A stretch of 59,422 bases of DNA, from sequence record NZ_LC586269.1, one strand, 5' to 3'. Shown here piece after piece: positions 1 to 14,524 of this stretch (position 1 is the first letter of the stretch; the number at the start of each line of letters is the position of its first letter). The notes beneath the pieces are model-generated. The model was not told where the DNA came from and ran no database searches. It saw nothing but the letters and a program-made list of their open reading frames with translations. Position numbers and translations under genes: made by a program. The stretch is from a plasmid.

Positions 1-804
1 ATGCGTGATTTGATGGCGGAACTCAAGGAGCTGCGCCTGCACGGCATGGCCACGGCCTGGGCGGAGTTGACTGCGCAGGGTGAGTCGAACACAGCCTCGT
101 CCAAGTGGCTGCTCGAACACCTGCTGGAACAAGAGCACACAGATCGCGCCATGCGCTCGGTGAGCCACCAGATGAACATGGCCAAGCTGCCGATGCACCG
201 CGACCTGGCCGGCTTCGACTTCAGCGCCTCCAGCGCAGACGCTCGTTTGATCAGCGAACTGGCCAGTCTGGCCTTTACCGACACCGCGCAGAACGTGGTG
301 CTGATCGGTGGGCCTGGCACCGGTAAAACCCACCTGGCCACTGCGCTGGCCGTGTCCGGCATCACCCGGCACGGCAAGCGCGTGCGCTTCTACTCCACGG
401 TCGATCTGGTCAATCTGCTGGAGCGCGAAAAGCACGACGGCAAAGCCGGGCGGATCGCCCAAGCTCTGCTGCGCATGGATCTGGTCATCCTCGACGAACT
501 GGGTTATCTGCCCTTCAGCCAGGCCGGCGGTGCGTTGCTGTTTCACCTGCTATCCAAGCTGTACGAACACACCAGCGTGGTGATCACCACCAACCTGAGC
601 TTCGCCGAATGGTCGAGCGTGTTCGGCGACGCCAAGATGACCACCGCCCTGCTGGATCGGCTGACCCACCACTGCCACATCGTCGAAACCGGTAACGAGT
701 CCTATCGCCTGCAACACAGTAGCTTGGCGGCCCAGGCCAAGATCAAATCACGGGAGCGAAAGCGTAAGGGCGGCCAGGAACCGGAGGACGATGAGCCGTT
801 CTGA
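1..804 (+). CDS. istB: IS21-family helper ATPase IstB (AAA+; Walker [10 protein letters not shown], Walker B DELG)
   Basis: ORF track 267 aa; IstB-like motifs; follows partial istA at window end, suggesting a circular join. Confidence 0.9.
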   Translation: MRDLMAELKELRLHGMATAWAELTAQGESNTASSKWLLEHLLEQEHTDRAMRSVSHQMNMAKLPMHRDLAGFDFSASSADARLISELASLAFTDTAQNVVLIGGPGTGKTHLATALAVSGITRHGKRVRFYSTVDLVNLLEREKHDGKAGRIAQALLRMDLVILDELGYLPFSQAGGALLFHLLSKLYEHTSVVITTNLSFAEWSSVFGDAKMTTALLDRLTHHCHIVETGNESYRLQHSSLAAQAKIKSRERKRKGGQEPEDDEPF

Positions 805-995
805 TTTCATGGCGACGACGGCCTGCTACATGGCTGCGTGTGGCAGGTCTTAAACAACTGAACTGGGCTAGCGAAGGAGTGGGGGCAACAGCAGCTGCGC
901 TGGTAGACTTATCCACAGTTGCTGGTAACAAAATCAGCAATCCGCCCTGGGTCAAATTTCAATCGGCAGGGTGGGTCAATTTTCCATCAGCGCCA
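1..995 (+). mobile_element. Right portion of IS21-family element (IS1326-like position next to orf5 of 3'-CS); multiple terminal repeats ctgggtcaaatttc / gggtcaattttcc at ~947-983
   Basis: istB plus repeats inversely matching gaaaactgacccag repeats at 57830-57877. Confidence 0.6.
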
Positions 996-1263
996 ACACA
1001 CTATGGAACCCCACCGCACCAACGTCATTATTTTTCCGAAGGTGCGCGAAGTCGCAGAGGCGGCCGAGCGAGCCTGACAGGCCCGAAAAGCCCGGCACGG
1101 GCGTCGGCGGCGATGACGGCGGCGGCATTATCCAGGGTTGATGATGGAAGTGGAGGATATCGACAACCTCTCGCGCAACCAAGACATCGCGGTCGGACTG
1201 CAAGTGATCTTGAAGCCACGGGCCCGTCCCACCCCGACATGGACCTCGATGCCCGAACGGACG

Positions 1264-1764
1264 TTAGATTTCGAGTTCTAGGCGTTCTGCGATGAAGGTT
1301 GGATCCCAGCCGGGATTGAAAGTGTCGACGTGGGTGAATCCGAGCCGCTCGTATAGGCCACGCAGGTTCGGGTGGCAGTCGAGCCGCAGCTTGGCGCACC
1401 CCTGCGTTCGCGCGGCATGGCGGCAAGCCTCGATCAGCGCGGAGCTGACACCCCGGCCCGCATGTGTCCGTCGCACCGCGAGCTTGTGCAGATATGCGGC
1501 CTCCCCCTTGAGGGCGTCGGGCCAGAACTCGGGATCCTCGGCCGACAAGGTGCAACAGCCGACGATGCCGTCGCTGCAACTCGCGACTAGGAGCTCGGAT
1601 CTCAGGACGAAGGTCTCCGCGAATGTCCGGTCGATCCGCGCGACGTCCCAGGCGGGCGTTCCCTTGGCGGACATCCACGCCGCAGCGTCGTGCATCAGCC
1701 GCACAACCTCGTCGATATCACCCGAGCAGGCGACCCGAACGTTCGGAGGCTCCTCGCTGTCCAT
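1264..1764 (-). CDS. GNAT family N-acetyltransferase (orf5 of class 1 integron 3'-CS)
   Basis: 166 aa; matches recalled 3'-CS orf5 sequence; position downstream of sul1. Confidence 0.85.
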   Translation of the reverse strand: MDSEEPPNVRVACSGDIDEVVRLMHDAAAWMSAKGTPAWDVARIDRTFAETFVLRSELLVASCSDGIVGCCTLSAEDPEFWPDALKGEAAYLHKLAVRRTHAGRGVSSALIEACRHAARTQGCAKLRLDCHPNLRGLYERLGFTHVDTFNPGWDPTFIAERLELEI

Positions 1765-1891
1765 TCGCTCCCCTGGCGCGGTATGAACCGCCGCCTCATA
1801 GTGCAGTTTGATCCTGACGAGCCCAGCATGTCTGCGCCCACCTTCGCGGAACCTGACCAGGGTCCGCTAGCGGGCGGCCGGAAGGTGAATG

Positions 1892-2731
1892 CTAGGCATG
1901 ATCTAACCCTCGGTCTCTGGCGTCGCGACTGCGAAATTTCGCGAGGGTTTCCGAGAAGGTGATTGCGCTTCGCAGATCTCCAGGCGCGTGGGTGCGGACG
2001 TAGTCAGCGCCATTGCCGATCGCGTGAAGTTCCGCCGCAAGGCTCGCTGGACCCAGATCCTTTACAGGAAGGCCAACGGTGGCGCCCAAGAAGGATTTCC
2101 GCGACACCGAGACCAATAGCGGAAGCCCCAACGCCGACTTCAGCTTTTGAAGGTTCGACAGCACGTGCAGCGATGTTTCCGGTGCGGGGCTCAAGAAAAA
2201 TCCCATCCCCGGATCGAGGATGAGCCGGTCGGCAGCGACCCCGCTCCGTCGCAAGGCGGAAACCCGCGCCTCGAAGAACCGCACAATCTCGTCGAGCGCG
2301 TCTTCGGGTCGAAGGTGACCGGTGCGGGTGGCGATGCCATCCCGCTGCGCTGAGTGCATAACCACCAGCCTGCAGTCCGCCTCAGCAATATCGGGATAGA
2401 GCGCAGGGTCAGGAAATCCTTGGATATCGTTCAGGTAGCCCACGCCGCGCTTGAGCGCATAGCGCTGGGTTTCCGGTTGGAAGCTGTCGATTGAAACACG
2501 GTGCATCTGATCGGACAGGGCGTCTAAGAGCGGCGCAATACGTCTGATCTCATCGGCCGGCGATACAGGCCTCGCGTCCGGATGGCTGGCGGCCGGTCCG
2601 ACATCCACGACGTCTGATCCGACTCGCAGCATTTCGATCGCCGCGGTGACAGCGCCGGCGGGGTCTAGCCGCCGGCTCTCATCGAAGAAGGAGTCCTCGG
2701 TGAGATTCAGAATGCCGAACACCGTCACCAT
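1892..2731 (-). CDS. sul1: Sulfonamide-resistant dihydropteroate synthase Sul1
   Basis: 279 aa from [10 protein letters not shown]...; ORF track 1892..2818 has a spurious upstream extension. Confidence 0.95.
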   Translation of the reverse strand: MVTVFGILNLTEDSFFDESRRLDPAGAVTAAIEMLRVGSDVVDVGPAASHPDARPVSPADEIRRIAPLLDALSDQMHRVSIDSFQPETQRYALKRGVGYLNDIQGFPDPALYPDIAEADCRLVVMHSAQRDGIATRTGHLRPEDALDEIVRFFEARVSALRRSGVAADRLILDPGMGFFLSPAPETSLHVLSNLQKLKSALGLPLLVSVSRKSFLGATVGLPVKDLGPASLAAELHAIGNGADYVRTHAPGDLRSAITFSETLAKFRSRDARDRGLDHA

Positions 2732-3072
2732 GGCGTCGGCCTCCGCAGCGACTTCCACGATGGGGATCGGGCGAGCAAAAAGGCAGCAATTATGAGCCCC
2801 ATACCTACAAAGCCCCACGCATCAAGCTTTTGCCCATGAAGCAACCAGGCAATGGCTGTAATTATGACGACGCCGAGTCCCGACCAGACTGCATAAGCAA
2901 CACCGACAGGGATGGATTTCAGAACCAGAGAAAGAAAATAAAATGCGATGCCATAACCGATTATGACAACGGCGGAAGGGGCAAGCTTAGTAAAGCCCTC
3001 GCTAGATTTTAATGCGGATGTTGCGATTACTTCGCCAACTATTGCGATAACAAGAAAAAGCCAGCCTTTCAT
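2725..3072 (-). CDS. qacEdelta1: QacEdelta1 SMR efflux protein (3'-CS)
   Basis: 115 aa [22 protein letters not shown]...; overlaps sul1 start as in 3'-CS. Confidence 0.95.
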   Translation of the reverse strand: MKGWLFLVIAIVGEVIATSALKSSEGFTKLAPSAVVIIGYGIAFYFLSLVLKSIPVGVAYAVWSGLGVVIITAIAWLLHGQKLDAWGFVGMGLIIAAFLLARSPSWKSLRRPTPW

Positions 3073-3176
3073 GATATATCTCCCAATTTGTGTAGGGCTT
3101 ATTATGCACGCTTAAAAATAATAAAAGCAGACTTGACCTGATAGTTTGGCTGTGAGCAATTATGTGCTTAGTGCAT

Positions 3177-3235
3177 CTAACGCTTGAGTTAAGCCGCGCC
3201 GCGAAGCGGCGTCGGCTTGAACGAATTGTTAGACA
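3177..3235 (-). other. attC (59-be) of aadA1 cassette, copy 1, joined to 3'-CS
   Basis: Imperfect inverted-repeat element; core sites GTTAGAC / GTTAGAT on the cassette strand. Confidence 0.7.
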
Positions 3236-4027
3236 TTATTTGCCGACTACCTTGGTGATCTCGCCTTTCACGTAGTGAACAAATTCTTCCAACTGATCTG
3301 CGCGGGAGGCCAAGCGATCTTCTTCTTGTCCAAGATAAGCCTGTCTAGCTTCAAGTATGACGGGCTGATACTGGGCCGGCAGGCGCTCCATTGCCCAGTC
3401 GGCAGCGACATCCTTCGGCGCGATTTTGCCGGTTACTGCGCTGTACCAAATGCGGGACAACGTAAGCACTACATTTCGCTCATCGCCAGCCCAGTCGGGC
3501 GGCGAGTTCCATAGCGTTAAGGTTTCATTTAGCGCCTCAAATAGATCCTGTTCAGGAACCGGATCAAAGAGTTCCTCCGCCGCTGGACCTACCAAGGCAA
3601 CGCTATGTTCTCTTGCTTTTGTCAGCAAGATAGCCAGATCAATGTCGATCGTGGCTGGCTCGAAGATACCTGCAAGAATGTCATTGCGCTGCCATTCTCC
3701 AAATTGCAGTTCGCGCTTAGCTGGATAACGCCACGGAATGATGTCGTCGTGCACAACAATGGTGACTTCTACAGCGCGGAGAATCTCGCTCTCTCCAGGG
3801 GAAGCCGAAGTTTCCAAAAGGTCGTTGATCAAAGCTCGCCGCGTTGTTTCATCAAGCCTTACGGTCACCGTAACCAGCAAATCAATATCACTGTGTGGCT
3901 TCAGGCCGCCATCCACTGCGGAGCCGTACAAATGTACGGCCAGCAACGTCGGTTCGAGATGGCGCTCGATGACGCCAACTACCTCTGATAGTTGAGTCGA
4001 TACTTCGGCGATCACCGCTTCCCTCAT
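3236..4027 (-). CDS. aadA1: Aminoglycoside 3''-adenylyltransferase AadA1 (streptomycin/spectinomycin)
   Basis: 263 aa MREAVIAEVSTQLSEVVGVIERH...; identical to second copy at 4731..5522. Confidence 0.95.
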   Translation of the reverse strand: MREAVIAEVSTQLSEVVGVIERHLEPTLLAVHLYGSAVDGGLKPHSDIDLLVTVTVRLDETTRRALINDLLETSASPGESEILRAVEVTIVVHDDIIPWRYPAKRELQFGEWQRNDILAGIFEPATIDIDLAILLTKAREHSVALVGPAAEELFDPVPEQDLFEALNETLTLWNSPPDWAGDERNVVLTLSRIWYSAVTGKIAPKDVAADWAMERLPAQYQPVILEARQAYLGQEEDRLASRADQLEEFVHYVKGEITKVVGK

Positions 4028-4096
4028 GATGTTTAACGTTTGACATGAGGGGCGGCCAAGGACGATAGCCCTTGGACGTCCCCCTCGATGGAAGGG
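4028..4096 (-). other. attC of aac(6') cassette (aacA4-type 59-be, ...CCCTTCCATCGAGGGGGACGTCCAAGGGC...GTTAAAC)
   Basis: Palindromic 59-be between aac(6') stop and aadA1 start. Confidence 0.55.
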
Positions 4097-4651
4097 TTAG
4101 ACAGCACTGCGCGCTTGCTCGAACGCCTGACGTGTTTGAACCATGTATACGGCCGGTCCACCTGGGGTGTTTATGGTTCTTTGCGCCACAAAACCCGCCT
4201 TCTCGTAGCACCGGATTGCGCGTAAGTTGTTCGGCGACGGGTCCGTTTGGATCTTGGTTACCTCAGCGTCTTTGAACAGCATCTCAACGAGCGCGCGAAC
4301 GAGCTTGGTTCCCAAGCCCTTGCCCAGCTGCGATGGATTCGCCAGAGACTGGTCTATTCCGCGTACTCCTGGATCGGTTTCGTCTTCCCACCATCCGCCA
4401 CCGCTTCCGAGTGCAATGTACGACTGAGCGTACCCAATCGGTTCTTCATCCAGCATTGCGATGTAGGGAGTGACGGACTCTTTCGCCAGGGCGCTTGGTC
4501 GATATTGCTCCAGCACTTCAGCAAGTGTTGGACGTGTTTCTTCTCCGCCCCACCACTCAACGATGTGAGGCCGATTTAGCCAGTCATGGAGCATCGGAAG
4601 GTCGTGCTCGGTCATGAGGCGCAGCGTGACGAAGCTAATGGTAGTGGTCAT
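4097..4651 (-). CDS. aacA: Aminoglycoside 6'-N-acetyltransferase, AAC(6')-Ib/II family variant
   Basis: 184 aa; conserved AAC(6')-Ib/IIa blocks (HIVEWWGG, [28 protein letters not shown]); exact allele not assignable without a search. Confidence 0.85.
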   Translation of the reverse strand: MTTTISFVTLRLMTEHDLPMLHDWLNRPHIVEWWGGEETRPTLAEVLEQYRPSALAKESVTPYIAMLDEEPIGYAQSYIALGSGGGWWEDETDPGVRGIDQSLANPSQLGKGLGTKLVRALVEMLFKDAEVTKIQTDPSPNNLRAIRCYEKAGFVAQRTINTPGGPAVYMVQTRQAFEQARSAV

Positions 4652-4671
4652 GAGGACGGTCTTTGTGCTGC

Positions 4672-4730
4672 CTAACGCTTGAGTTAAGCCGCGCCGCGAA
4701 GCGGCGTCGGCTTGAACGAATTGTTAGACA
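4672..4730 (-). other. attC of aadA1 cassette, copy 2, joined to aac(6') cassette at core GTTAGGC
   Basis: Same 59-be as 3177-3235. Confidence 0.7.
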
Positions 4731-5522
4731 TTATTTGCCGACTACCTTGGTGATCTCGCCTTTCACGTAGTGAACAAATTCTTCCAACTGATCTGCGCGG
4801 GAGGCCAAGCGATCTTCTTCTTGTCCAAGATAAGCCTGTCTAGCTTCAAGTATGACGGGCTGATACTGGGCCGGCAGGCGCTCCATTGCCCAGTCGGCAG
4901 CGACATCCTTCGGCGCGATTTTGCCGGTTACTGCGCTGTACCAAATGCGGGACAACGTAAGCACTACATTTCGCTCATCGCCAGCCCAGTCGGGCGGCGA
5001 GTTCCATAGCGTTAAGGTTTCATTTAGCGCCTCAAATAGATCCTGTTCAGGAACCGGATCAAAGAGTTCCTCCGCCGCTGGACCTACCAAGGCAACGCTA
5101 TGTTCTCTTGCTTTTGTCAGCAAGATAGCCAGATCAATGTCGATCGTGGCTGGCTCGAAGATACCTGCAAGAATGTCATTGCGCTGCCATTCTCCAAATT
5201 GCAGTTCGCGCTTAGCTGGATAACGCCACGGAATGATGTCGTCGTGCACAACAATGGTGACTTCTACAGCGCGGAGAATCTCGCTCTCTCCAGGGGAAGC
5301 CGAAGTTTCCAAAAGGTCGTTGATCAAAGCTCGCCGCGTTGTTTCATCAAGCCTTACGGTCACCGTAACCAGCAAATCAATATCACTGTGTGGCTTCAGG
5401 CCGCCATCCACTGCGGAGCCGTACAAATGTACGGCCAGCAACGTCGGTTCGAGATGGCGCTCGATGACGCCAACTACCTCTGATAGTTGAGTCGATACTT
5501 CGGCGATCACCGCTTCCCTCAT
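4731..5522 (-). CDS. aadA1: AadA1, second identical copy
   Basis: 263 aa, identical protein and DNA to 3236..4027. Confidence 0.95.
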   Translation of the reverse strand: MREAVIAEVSTQLSEVVGVIERHLEPTLLAVHLYGSAVDGGLKPHSDIDLLVTVTVRLDETTRRALINDLLETSASPGESEILRAVEVTIVVHDDIIPWRYPAKRELQFGEWQRNDILAGIFEPATIDIDLAILLTKAREHSVALVGPAAEELFDPVPEQDLFEALNETLTLWNSPPDWAGDERNVVLTLSRIWYSAVTGKIAPKDVAADWAMERLPAQYQPVILEARQAYLGQEEDRLASRADQLEEFVHYVKGEITKVVGK

Positions 5523-5609
5523 GATGTTTAACGCCGAAGTTCAGCCGCCAGAACGGAGCGCAGCGGAGTGATGGTCGGCTGCAACTTCATGTTATGCCGC
5601 ATCTGCCTG
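5523..5609 (-). other. attC of blaVIM cassette
   Basis: Inverted-repeat element ending in GTTAAAC core upstream of aadA1. Confidence 0.55.
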
Positions 5610-7590
<1,981 letters not shown>

Positions 7591-7767
7591 GGCAGCGCAA
7601 GTCAATCCTGGCGGATTCACTACCCCTGCGCGAAGGCCATCGGTGCCGCATCGAACGGCCGGTTGCGGAAAGTCCTCCCTGCGTCCGCTGATGGCCGGCA
7701 GCAGCCCGTCGTTGCCTGATGGATCCAACCCCTCCGCTGCTATAGTGCAGTCGGCTTCTGACGTTCA

Positions 7768-7792
7768 GTGCAGCCGTCTTCTGAAAACGACA
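7768..7792 (-). repeat. IRi, 25-bp terminal inverted repeat of class 1 integron/Tn402 (TGTCGTTTTCAGAAGACGGCTGCAC)
   Basis: Exact 25-mer in reverse complement. Confidence 0.9.
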
Positions 7793-7796
7793 TCTG

Positions 7797-8027
7797 GTGT
7801 TCCTCATTCTCTGGTGGCTGCGCGGCCCGGTGCGCTTTCTTCTCGGCTTGGCTTCGTTCGCCAGTCTCATCACCCTACCGATCATGTGGCTTGGGCTGGA
7901 CTCGGCCAATAAGACCCACATCATGCTATCGGTCGCAGGCGTCGGCCTTGGTGCGTCGGCCCTCATGTGGTTTTATGACGCGCTTCTCATGAGGCTGGCA
8001 CCAGAACCAATCCTATTCAGCACCTAA
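7797..8027 (+). CDS. Hypothetical small membrane protein (possibly a remnant of a gene disrupted by integron insertion)
   Basis: 76 aa, two hydrophobic segments; starts 5 nt after IRi; followed by a terminator. Confidence 0.3.
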   Translation: MFLILWWLRGPVRFLLGLASFASLITLPIMWLGLDSANKTHIMLSVAGVGLGASALMWFYDALLMRLAPEPILFST

Positions 8028-8032
8028 ACGAA

Positions 8033-8059
8033 GGCCGGGCCACTCACCCGGCCTTTTTT
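8033..8059 (+). terminator. Rho-independent terminator (GGCCGGGCCACTCACCCGGCC + T6)
   Basis: GC hairpin followed by T-tract. Confidence 0.55.
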
Positions 8060-8178
8060 GTACGCTCATAGGGCAGAACAAACCAACGTTTTATCTATAC
8101 CGCAACAGGGTATTTAATTCCTATTTAATCTGCGCTAGAATGAGGCATGTTTAACCGAATCTGACGTTTTCCCTGCAA

Positions 8179-8835
8179 ATGCCAAAATACTATGCCTATC
8201 TCCGGGTTTCGCGTGACGGCCAAGACCCGGAAAACCAAAAATACGGTTTGCTCGAATACGCGAACGCCAAAGGCTTCGCGCCGCTACAGATCGAGGAAGA
8301 AATTGCCAGCAGAGCAAAGGACTGGCGCAAGCGCAAGCTCGGAGCAATCATCGAAAAGGCCGAGCGTGGCGACGTGCTACTGACGCCGGAGATTACGCGC
8401 ATTGCCGGTTCCGCCCTCGCCGCCTTGGAAATTCTCAAAGCGGCGAGCGAGCGCGGCCTAATCGTCCATGTGACCAAACAGAAGATCATCATGGACGGCA
8501 GCCTACAAAGCGACATCATGGCAACCGTGCTTGGCTTGGCTGCACAGATCGAGCGGCATTTCATTCAGGCACGTACCACCGAGGCGCTACAAGTCGCCAG
8601 AGAGCGCGGCAAGACGCTCGGGCGACCCAAGGGCAGCAAATCGAGCGCCTTGAAGCTGGACAGCCGTATTGATGAAGTACAGGCATACGTGAACCTTGGC
8701 TTGCCGCAAAGTCGCGCAGCCGAGTTGTTAGGCGTCAGCCCTCACACCTTGCGCCTGTTCATCAAACGCCGGAACATCAAACCCACAAACACTAGACCAA
8801 CCATCACCATGCCGGGGAGGGAACAACATGCCTAA
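8179..8835 (+). CDS. Serine recombinase (resolvase family; catalytic Ser in YAYLRVSRDGQ); its res region lies ~8060-8178
   Basis: 218 aa; N-terminal resolvase catalytic domain and C-terminal HTH; integron IRi ~390 bp upstream (res-hunter-type target). Confidence 0.8.
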   Translation: MPKYYAYLRVSRDGQDPENQKYGLLEYANAKGFAPLQIEEEIASRAKDWRKRKLGAIIEKAERGDVLLTPEITRIAGSALAALEILKAASERGLIVHVTKQKIIMDGSLQSDIMATVLGLAAQIERHFIQARTTEALQVARERGKTLGRPKGSKSSALKLDSRIDEVQAYVNLGLPQSRAAELLGVSPHTLRLFIKRRNIKPTNTRPTITMPGREQHA

Positions 8836-8838
8836 GAA

Positions 8839-8876
8839 GGAGTCGCCTCAGAAAACGGAAAATAAAGCACGCTAAG
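8839..8876 (+). repeat. 38-bp Tn21-subfamily terminal inverted repeat (IRmer; GGAGTCGCCTCAGAAAACGGAAAATAAAGCACGCTAAG)
   Basis: Near-exact match to the Tn21-family IR; immediately abuts the resolvase stop codon. Confidence 0.85.
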
Positions 8877-8892
8877 GCGTAGTTCCCTCGGG

Positions 8893-9327
8893 CTACACCG
8901 CGTCCGCACTGCGCGGTTCTTTCTTCCCTTGCAGTGACGCAATCAGCGGGCAGGAAACGTTCCCCTTCCGCGCATGGCAGGCGCACACCAAATCAGACAG
9001 CACGGCCTCCATGCGCGCCAGGTCAGCCATCCTCTCGCGCACGTCCTTGAGCTTGTGCTCGGCCAGGCTGCTGGCTTCCTCGCAATGGGTGCCATCCTCC
9101 AGCCGCAGCAGCTCGGCGATCTCATCCAGGCTGAAGCCCAACCGCTGGGCTGATTTCACGAAGCGCACCCGCGTTACATCCGTCTCGCCATAGCGGCGAA
9201 TGCTGCCGTAAGGCTTGTCCGGTTCCGGGAGCAAGCCCTTGCGCTGATAGAACCGGATGGTCTCCACATTGACCCCGGCCGTCCTGGCGAAAACGCCAAT
9301 GGTCAGGTTCTCCAAATTGTTTTCCAT
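8893..9327 (-). CDS. merR: Mercuric resistance transcriptional regulator MerR
   Basis: 144 aa; MerR HTH and Hg-binding cysteines. Confidence 0.95.
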   Translation of the reverse strand: MENNLENLTIGVFARTAGVNVETIRFYQRKGLLPEPDKPYGSIRRYGETDVTRVRFVKSAQRLGFSLDEIAELLRLEDGTHCEEASSLAEHKLKDVRERMADLARMEAVLSDLVCACHARKGNVSCPLIASLQGKKEPRSADAV

Positions 9328-9398
9328 ATCGCTTGACTCCGTACATAACTACGGAAGTAAGCTTAAGCTATCCAATTCAGATTCGAAAGGACAAACGT
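9328..9398. promoter_or_regulatory. mer operator/promoter (dyad TCCGTACATAACTACGGAAG between -35 TTGACT and -10 TAAGCT)
   Basis: Classic divergent merOP architecture between merR and merT. Confidence 0.65.
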
Positions 9399-9749
9399 AT
9401 GTCTGAACCTCAAAACGGGCGCGGCGCGCTCTTCACTGGCGGGCTGGCCGCCATCCTCGCCTCGGCTTGCTGCCTCGGGCCGCTGGTTCTGATCGCCTTG
9501 GGGTTCAGCGGCGCTTGGATCGGCAACTTGACGGTGTTGGAACCCTATCGCCCCATCTTTATCGGCGTGGCGCTGGTGGCGTTGTTCTTCGCCTGGCGGC
9601 GCATCTACCGGCCGTCAGCCGCCTGCAAACCGGGTGAGGTTTGCGCGATTCCCCAAGTGCGAGCTACTTACAAGCTCATTTTCTGGGGCGTGGCCGTGCT
9701 GGTTTTGGTCGCGCTCGGATTTCCCTACGTCGTGCCATTTTTCTATTGA
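9399..9749 (+). CDS. merT: Mercuric transport protein MerT
   Basis: 116 aa from MSEPQNGRGALFTGGLAAILASACCLGPLVL; track ORF over-extended upstream. Confidence 0.9.
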   Translation: MSEPQNGRGALFTGGLAAILASACCLGPLVLIALGFSGAWIGNLTVLEPYRPIFIGVALVALFFAWRRIYRPSAACKPGEVCAIPQVRATYKLIFWGVAVLVLVALGFPYVVPFFY

Positions 9750-9764
9750 TCACAGGAGTTCACC

Positions 9765-12352
<2,588 letters not shown>

Positions 12353-12400
12353 CGAAGCCTTGAATTTGTCAGGCTGAAATCTATGACCTTGGCAAGCATG

Positions 12401-12485
12401 TGTCAAAGAATGTGAAAGCGGACTCTATTCTGACGGCGCGGTGCGGCCTTGCCTGACATCCAGTTAGGGTATACCCTATCTGGAA
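12401..12485 (-). promoter_or_regulatory. res-site relic, inverted and ~70% similar to the res upstream of tnpR at 52.5 kb (shared ACTCTATTCTGACG ... CTGAC..CCAGTTAGGGTATACC)
   Basis: Manual comparison with 52500..52620. Confidence 0.4.
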
Positions 12486-12496
12486 CGCCGCAATCA

Positions 12497-12735
12497 GCGC
12501 CGAGGACCTGGTGGCGTGGATCCGTCCGGCGCGGCCGGCGAGCAGCTGGTGGATCCCGTCGACCTCGATCACGTCCAGGGGGAAGGCCATCGGCGCCGGC
12601 GGCGCCGAGGACCTGGTGCGGTGGATCCGTCCGGCGCGGCCGGCGAGCAGCTGGTGGATCCCGTCGACCTCGATCACGTCCAGGGGATGGCCATCGGCGC
12701 CGGCGGCGCCGAGCACCTGGTGCCGTGGACCCGCC
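12497..12735. repeat. Composite GC-rich repeat, locus A: ~2.3 tandem units of 105 bp
   Basis: Unit (GATGGCCATCGGCGCCGGCGGCGCCGAGGACCTGGTGCCGTGGATCCGTCCGGCGCGGCCGGCGAGCAGCTGGTGGATCCCGTCGACCTCGATCACGTCCAGGG) recurs at four other loci. Confidence 0.8.
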
Positions 12736-12754
12736 AGACGGGAGGGGAATAAAA

Positions 12755-12776
12755 AAGAGGGCGCAAGCGCCCTCTT
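12755..12776 (-). terminator. Hairpin AAGAGGGCGCAAGCGCCCTCTT; reads as a rho-independent terminator on the minus strand for the 13353..12797 operon
   Basis: Perfect stem with T-tract on the minus strand. Confidence 0.6.
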
Positions 12777-12796
12777 CTGGTTTCCCTCTAGTGTTA

Positions 12797-13081
12797 CTAG
12801 AAGGGAACCATATCGTCAGTCCTCAATGGAGCATCGTGCAATAACATCCCAAGCACGCTTTCAGGTACTACCTGACCTGCAAGCTCTTTCGAGCGTGCAC
12901 GCATGGCAGAACGATCCATGATGAACCGTGGATAGTATTGGAGGTTGCGGAAGCCTTGGGCTCGTGCCATCTCTTTCACTTCCTCTAACGAGGGTGCGAA
13001 GAACGTGCAGCCGAAGGTTCCCTCAACGCTGAAGGAGGTAAAGGAATACGCTGCAATGTGCTTCGTGTTCATCAGTTCCAC
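12797..13081 (-). CDS. Hypothetical protein (94 aa), second gene of a coupled pair
   Basis: ORF track; overlaps upstream gene by 10 nt; terminator downstream. Confidence 0.5.
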   Translation of the reverse strand: MELMNTKHIAAYSFTSFSVEGTFGCTFFAPSLEEVKEMARAQGFRNLQYYPRFIMDRSAMRARSKELAGQVVPESVLGMLLHDAPLRTDDMVPF

Positions 13082-13353
13082 TCCTTCACTTTATTGCTGA
13101 CGTTCAACCGTTGGTCATCCCGTATTTCCGCAATGATCTCTGGCTTCACGTCGATTCCCAGATCACGACATTTTCCAACGTAGTAGTCCAGGTCTCGGGG
13201 CATCACTTCATCCAGGTTGGTGTAGACCGGATAGTCTTCATCAGATTTCTTATCGAAGATAATGAGGAAGAAACTCTTAGTTGGATTATCCCAACCCATA
13301 ATAACTTCAAATTTCTTATTCCCAACTTCCGAAGAGAAAAGGTGCTGACTCAT
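13072..13353 (-). CDS. Hypothetical protein (93 aa), acidic; first gene of the pair; conserved promoter-like motif upstream
   Basis: ORF track; upstream motif shared with 13569..13946. Confidence 0.5.
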   Translation of the reverse strand: MSQHLFSSEVGNKKFEVIMGWDNPTKSFFLIIFDKKSDEDYPVYTNLDEVMPRDLDYYVGKCRDLGIDVKPEIIAEIRDDQRLNVSNKVKEWN

Positions 13354-13400
13354 GGTCGGATTCCTGCTTGATATTAAGATATGAGCGTTTCAGACAGTCA
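13354..13400 (-). promoter_or_regulatory. Conserved ~35-nt upstream motif (GCGCTATGACTGTCTGAAACGCTCATATCTTAATATC), copy 1
   Basis: Near-identical to the motif at 13947-13995 (GCACTATGACTGGCTGAAATGCTCATACTTTAAGATC). Confidence 0.5.
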
Positions 13401-13568
13401 TAGCGCCCTGCTACTGTCGACTGAAATACTAGGGCAGAAATCCAGATCAGTAAAGCTCTACACAATATATGCAATTTGTGCAGTCGAATACCCATCTTTG
13501 CATTGCGCGAAAGTGGGTTTTGCAAAAAAAAGAGGAGGTAGCAAAGCTACCTCCCCTCACTTACGACA

Positions 13569-13946
13569 TTAAGACCAGAGGTCTAATGTGTAAGTGCTCT
13601 TGTGATACTTAAGGATTTGGACCGCATCTACGAGTAGAAACGGTTGCTTCCCATAAGTATAGGCATAGATTCTCGTCTCATGAGTAGCGCCACGAGTGCG
13701 CAGGACGAAAAGAGTATTGTGGACGTCGGAATGAAAAATGGATACCCACTCTTCACCCGCGTCACCAGTAAGGCAAATGGGAGTCGGCTCTAGAGGCGTC
13801 TCCCGTCCACCTTGCGCTCTTACGTAGCGGGCTGCATCGATCAACGGAACGAGCGCGTCGTAATCATTGACCAACGTGACCAACCCACGGCTGACTCCAC
13901 CAAGCATGGCTTCGTCGAGGGAATATTGCTTGAGAACAGGTTTCAT
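13569..13946 (-). CDS. Hypothetical protein (125 aa) with the same upstream motif
   Basis: ORF track; motif copy 2 at 13947-13995. Confidence 0.5.
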   Translation of the reverse strand: MKPVLKQYSLDEAMLGGVSRGLVTLVNDYDALVPLIDAARYVRAQGGRETPLEPTPICLTGDAGEEWVSIFHSDVHNTLFVLRTRGATHETRIYAYTYGKQPFLLVDAVQILKYHKSTYTLDLWS

Positions 13947-14109
13947 ATGTCACCTTCAAGATCTTAAAGTATGAGCATTTCAGCCAGTCATAGTGCCCTT
14001 GGTACTGGCGCGTCAGATATTAGACGTCAATCCGCGTCGAGTCCACAGAACACGCGTTCCAGCGTGGTTTCAGTGGGTTCGCACTGCTACCTGGTTCTCG
14101 CTAATTAGG

Positions 14110-14396
14110 GGTGATCGCCTGCATGGCCTGGCCGGCGAGCAGCTGGTGGAGCCCGTTGACCTCGAGACGTCCTGCAGGTGGCCACCCGCACCTGGCCTAT
14201 CCGGGTCAAGGGCCGCGCGCCCGGCTCGTCGGAACGACTGCACCGTTCCGGCGAACGGACGCACGGGCGCAGCGCACCCTTGAACGCCTCTCCCCCTAAC
14301 AGCCTCCGCCGGGGAGTGTGGGGCAGCTCCTCCGCCCCGCGCTCCCGAGCCCTCGGCGGCAAGAGCGGGATGACAAGGGCAGAGCCCTTGGTGTGT
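14110..14396 (+). repeat. Composite repeat, locus B: one partial tandem unit, ~230-bp unique segment, terminal palindrome CAAGGGCAGAGCCCTTG
   Basis: Matches 50697..51098 and reverse complement of 25305..25520. Confidence 0.8.
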
Positions 14397-14524
14397 TGAG
14401 CGCTATATGAAAGGAGGCTCGAACTTTATTAAATCGACTCGTAGCTAATAAAAAAGGGTACTAAGTACCCTTTTCGAATTAACCAAAGTCTTTGATTCAA
14501 CGCATGGCTCTCTTGTTATAAGTG

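Larger units (their letters stand above)
3177..5533. repeat. Perfect 862-bp direct duplication of the aadA1 cassette (3177..4038 and 4672..5533) flanking the aac(6') cassette
   Basis: Identical sequence at both loci; they diverge at the GTTAAAC|G core. Confidence 0.9.

Noticed and set aside
105-955. Overlapping ORFs within and after istB (105..326, 308..583, 743..955, 840..1295)
   Set aside because: Alternative-frame artefacts; istB frame has AAA+ motifs; 805-995 is the IS terminal repeat region.
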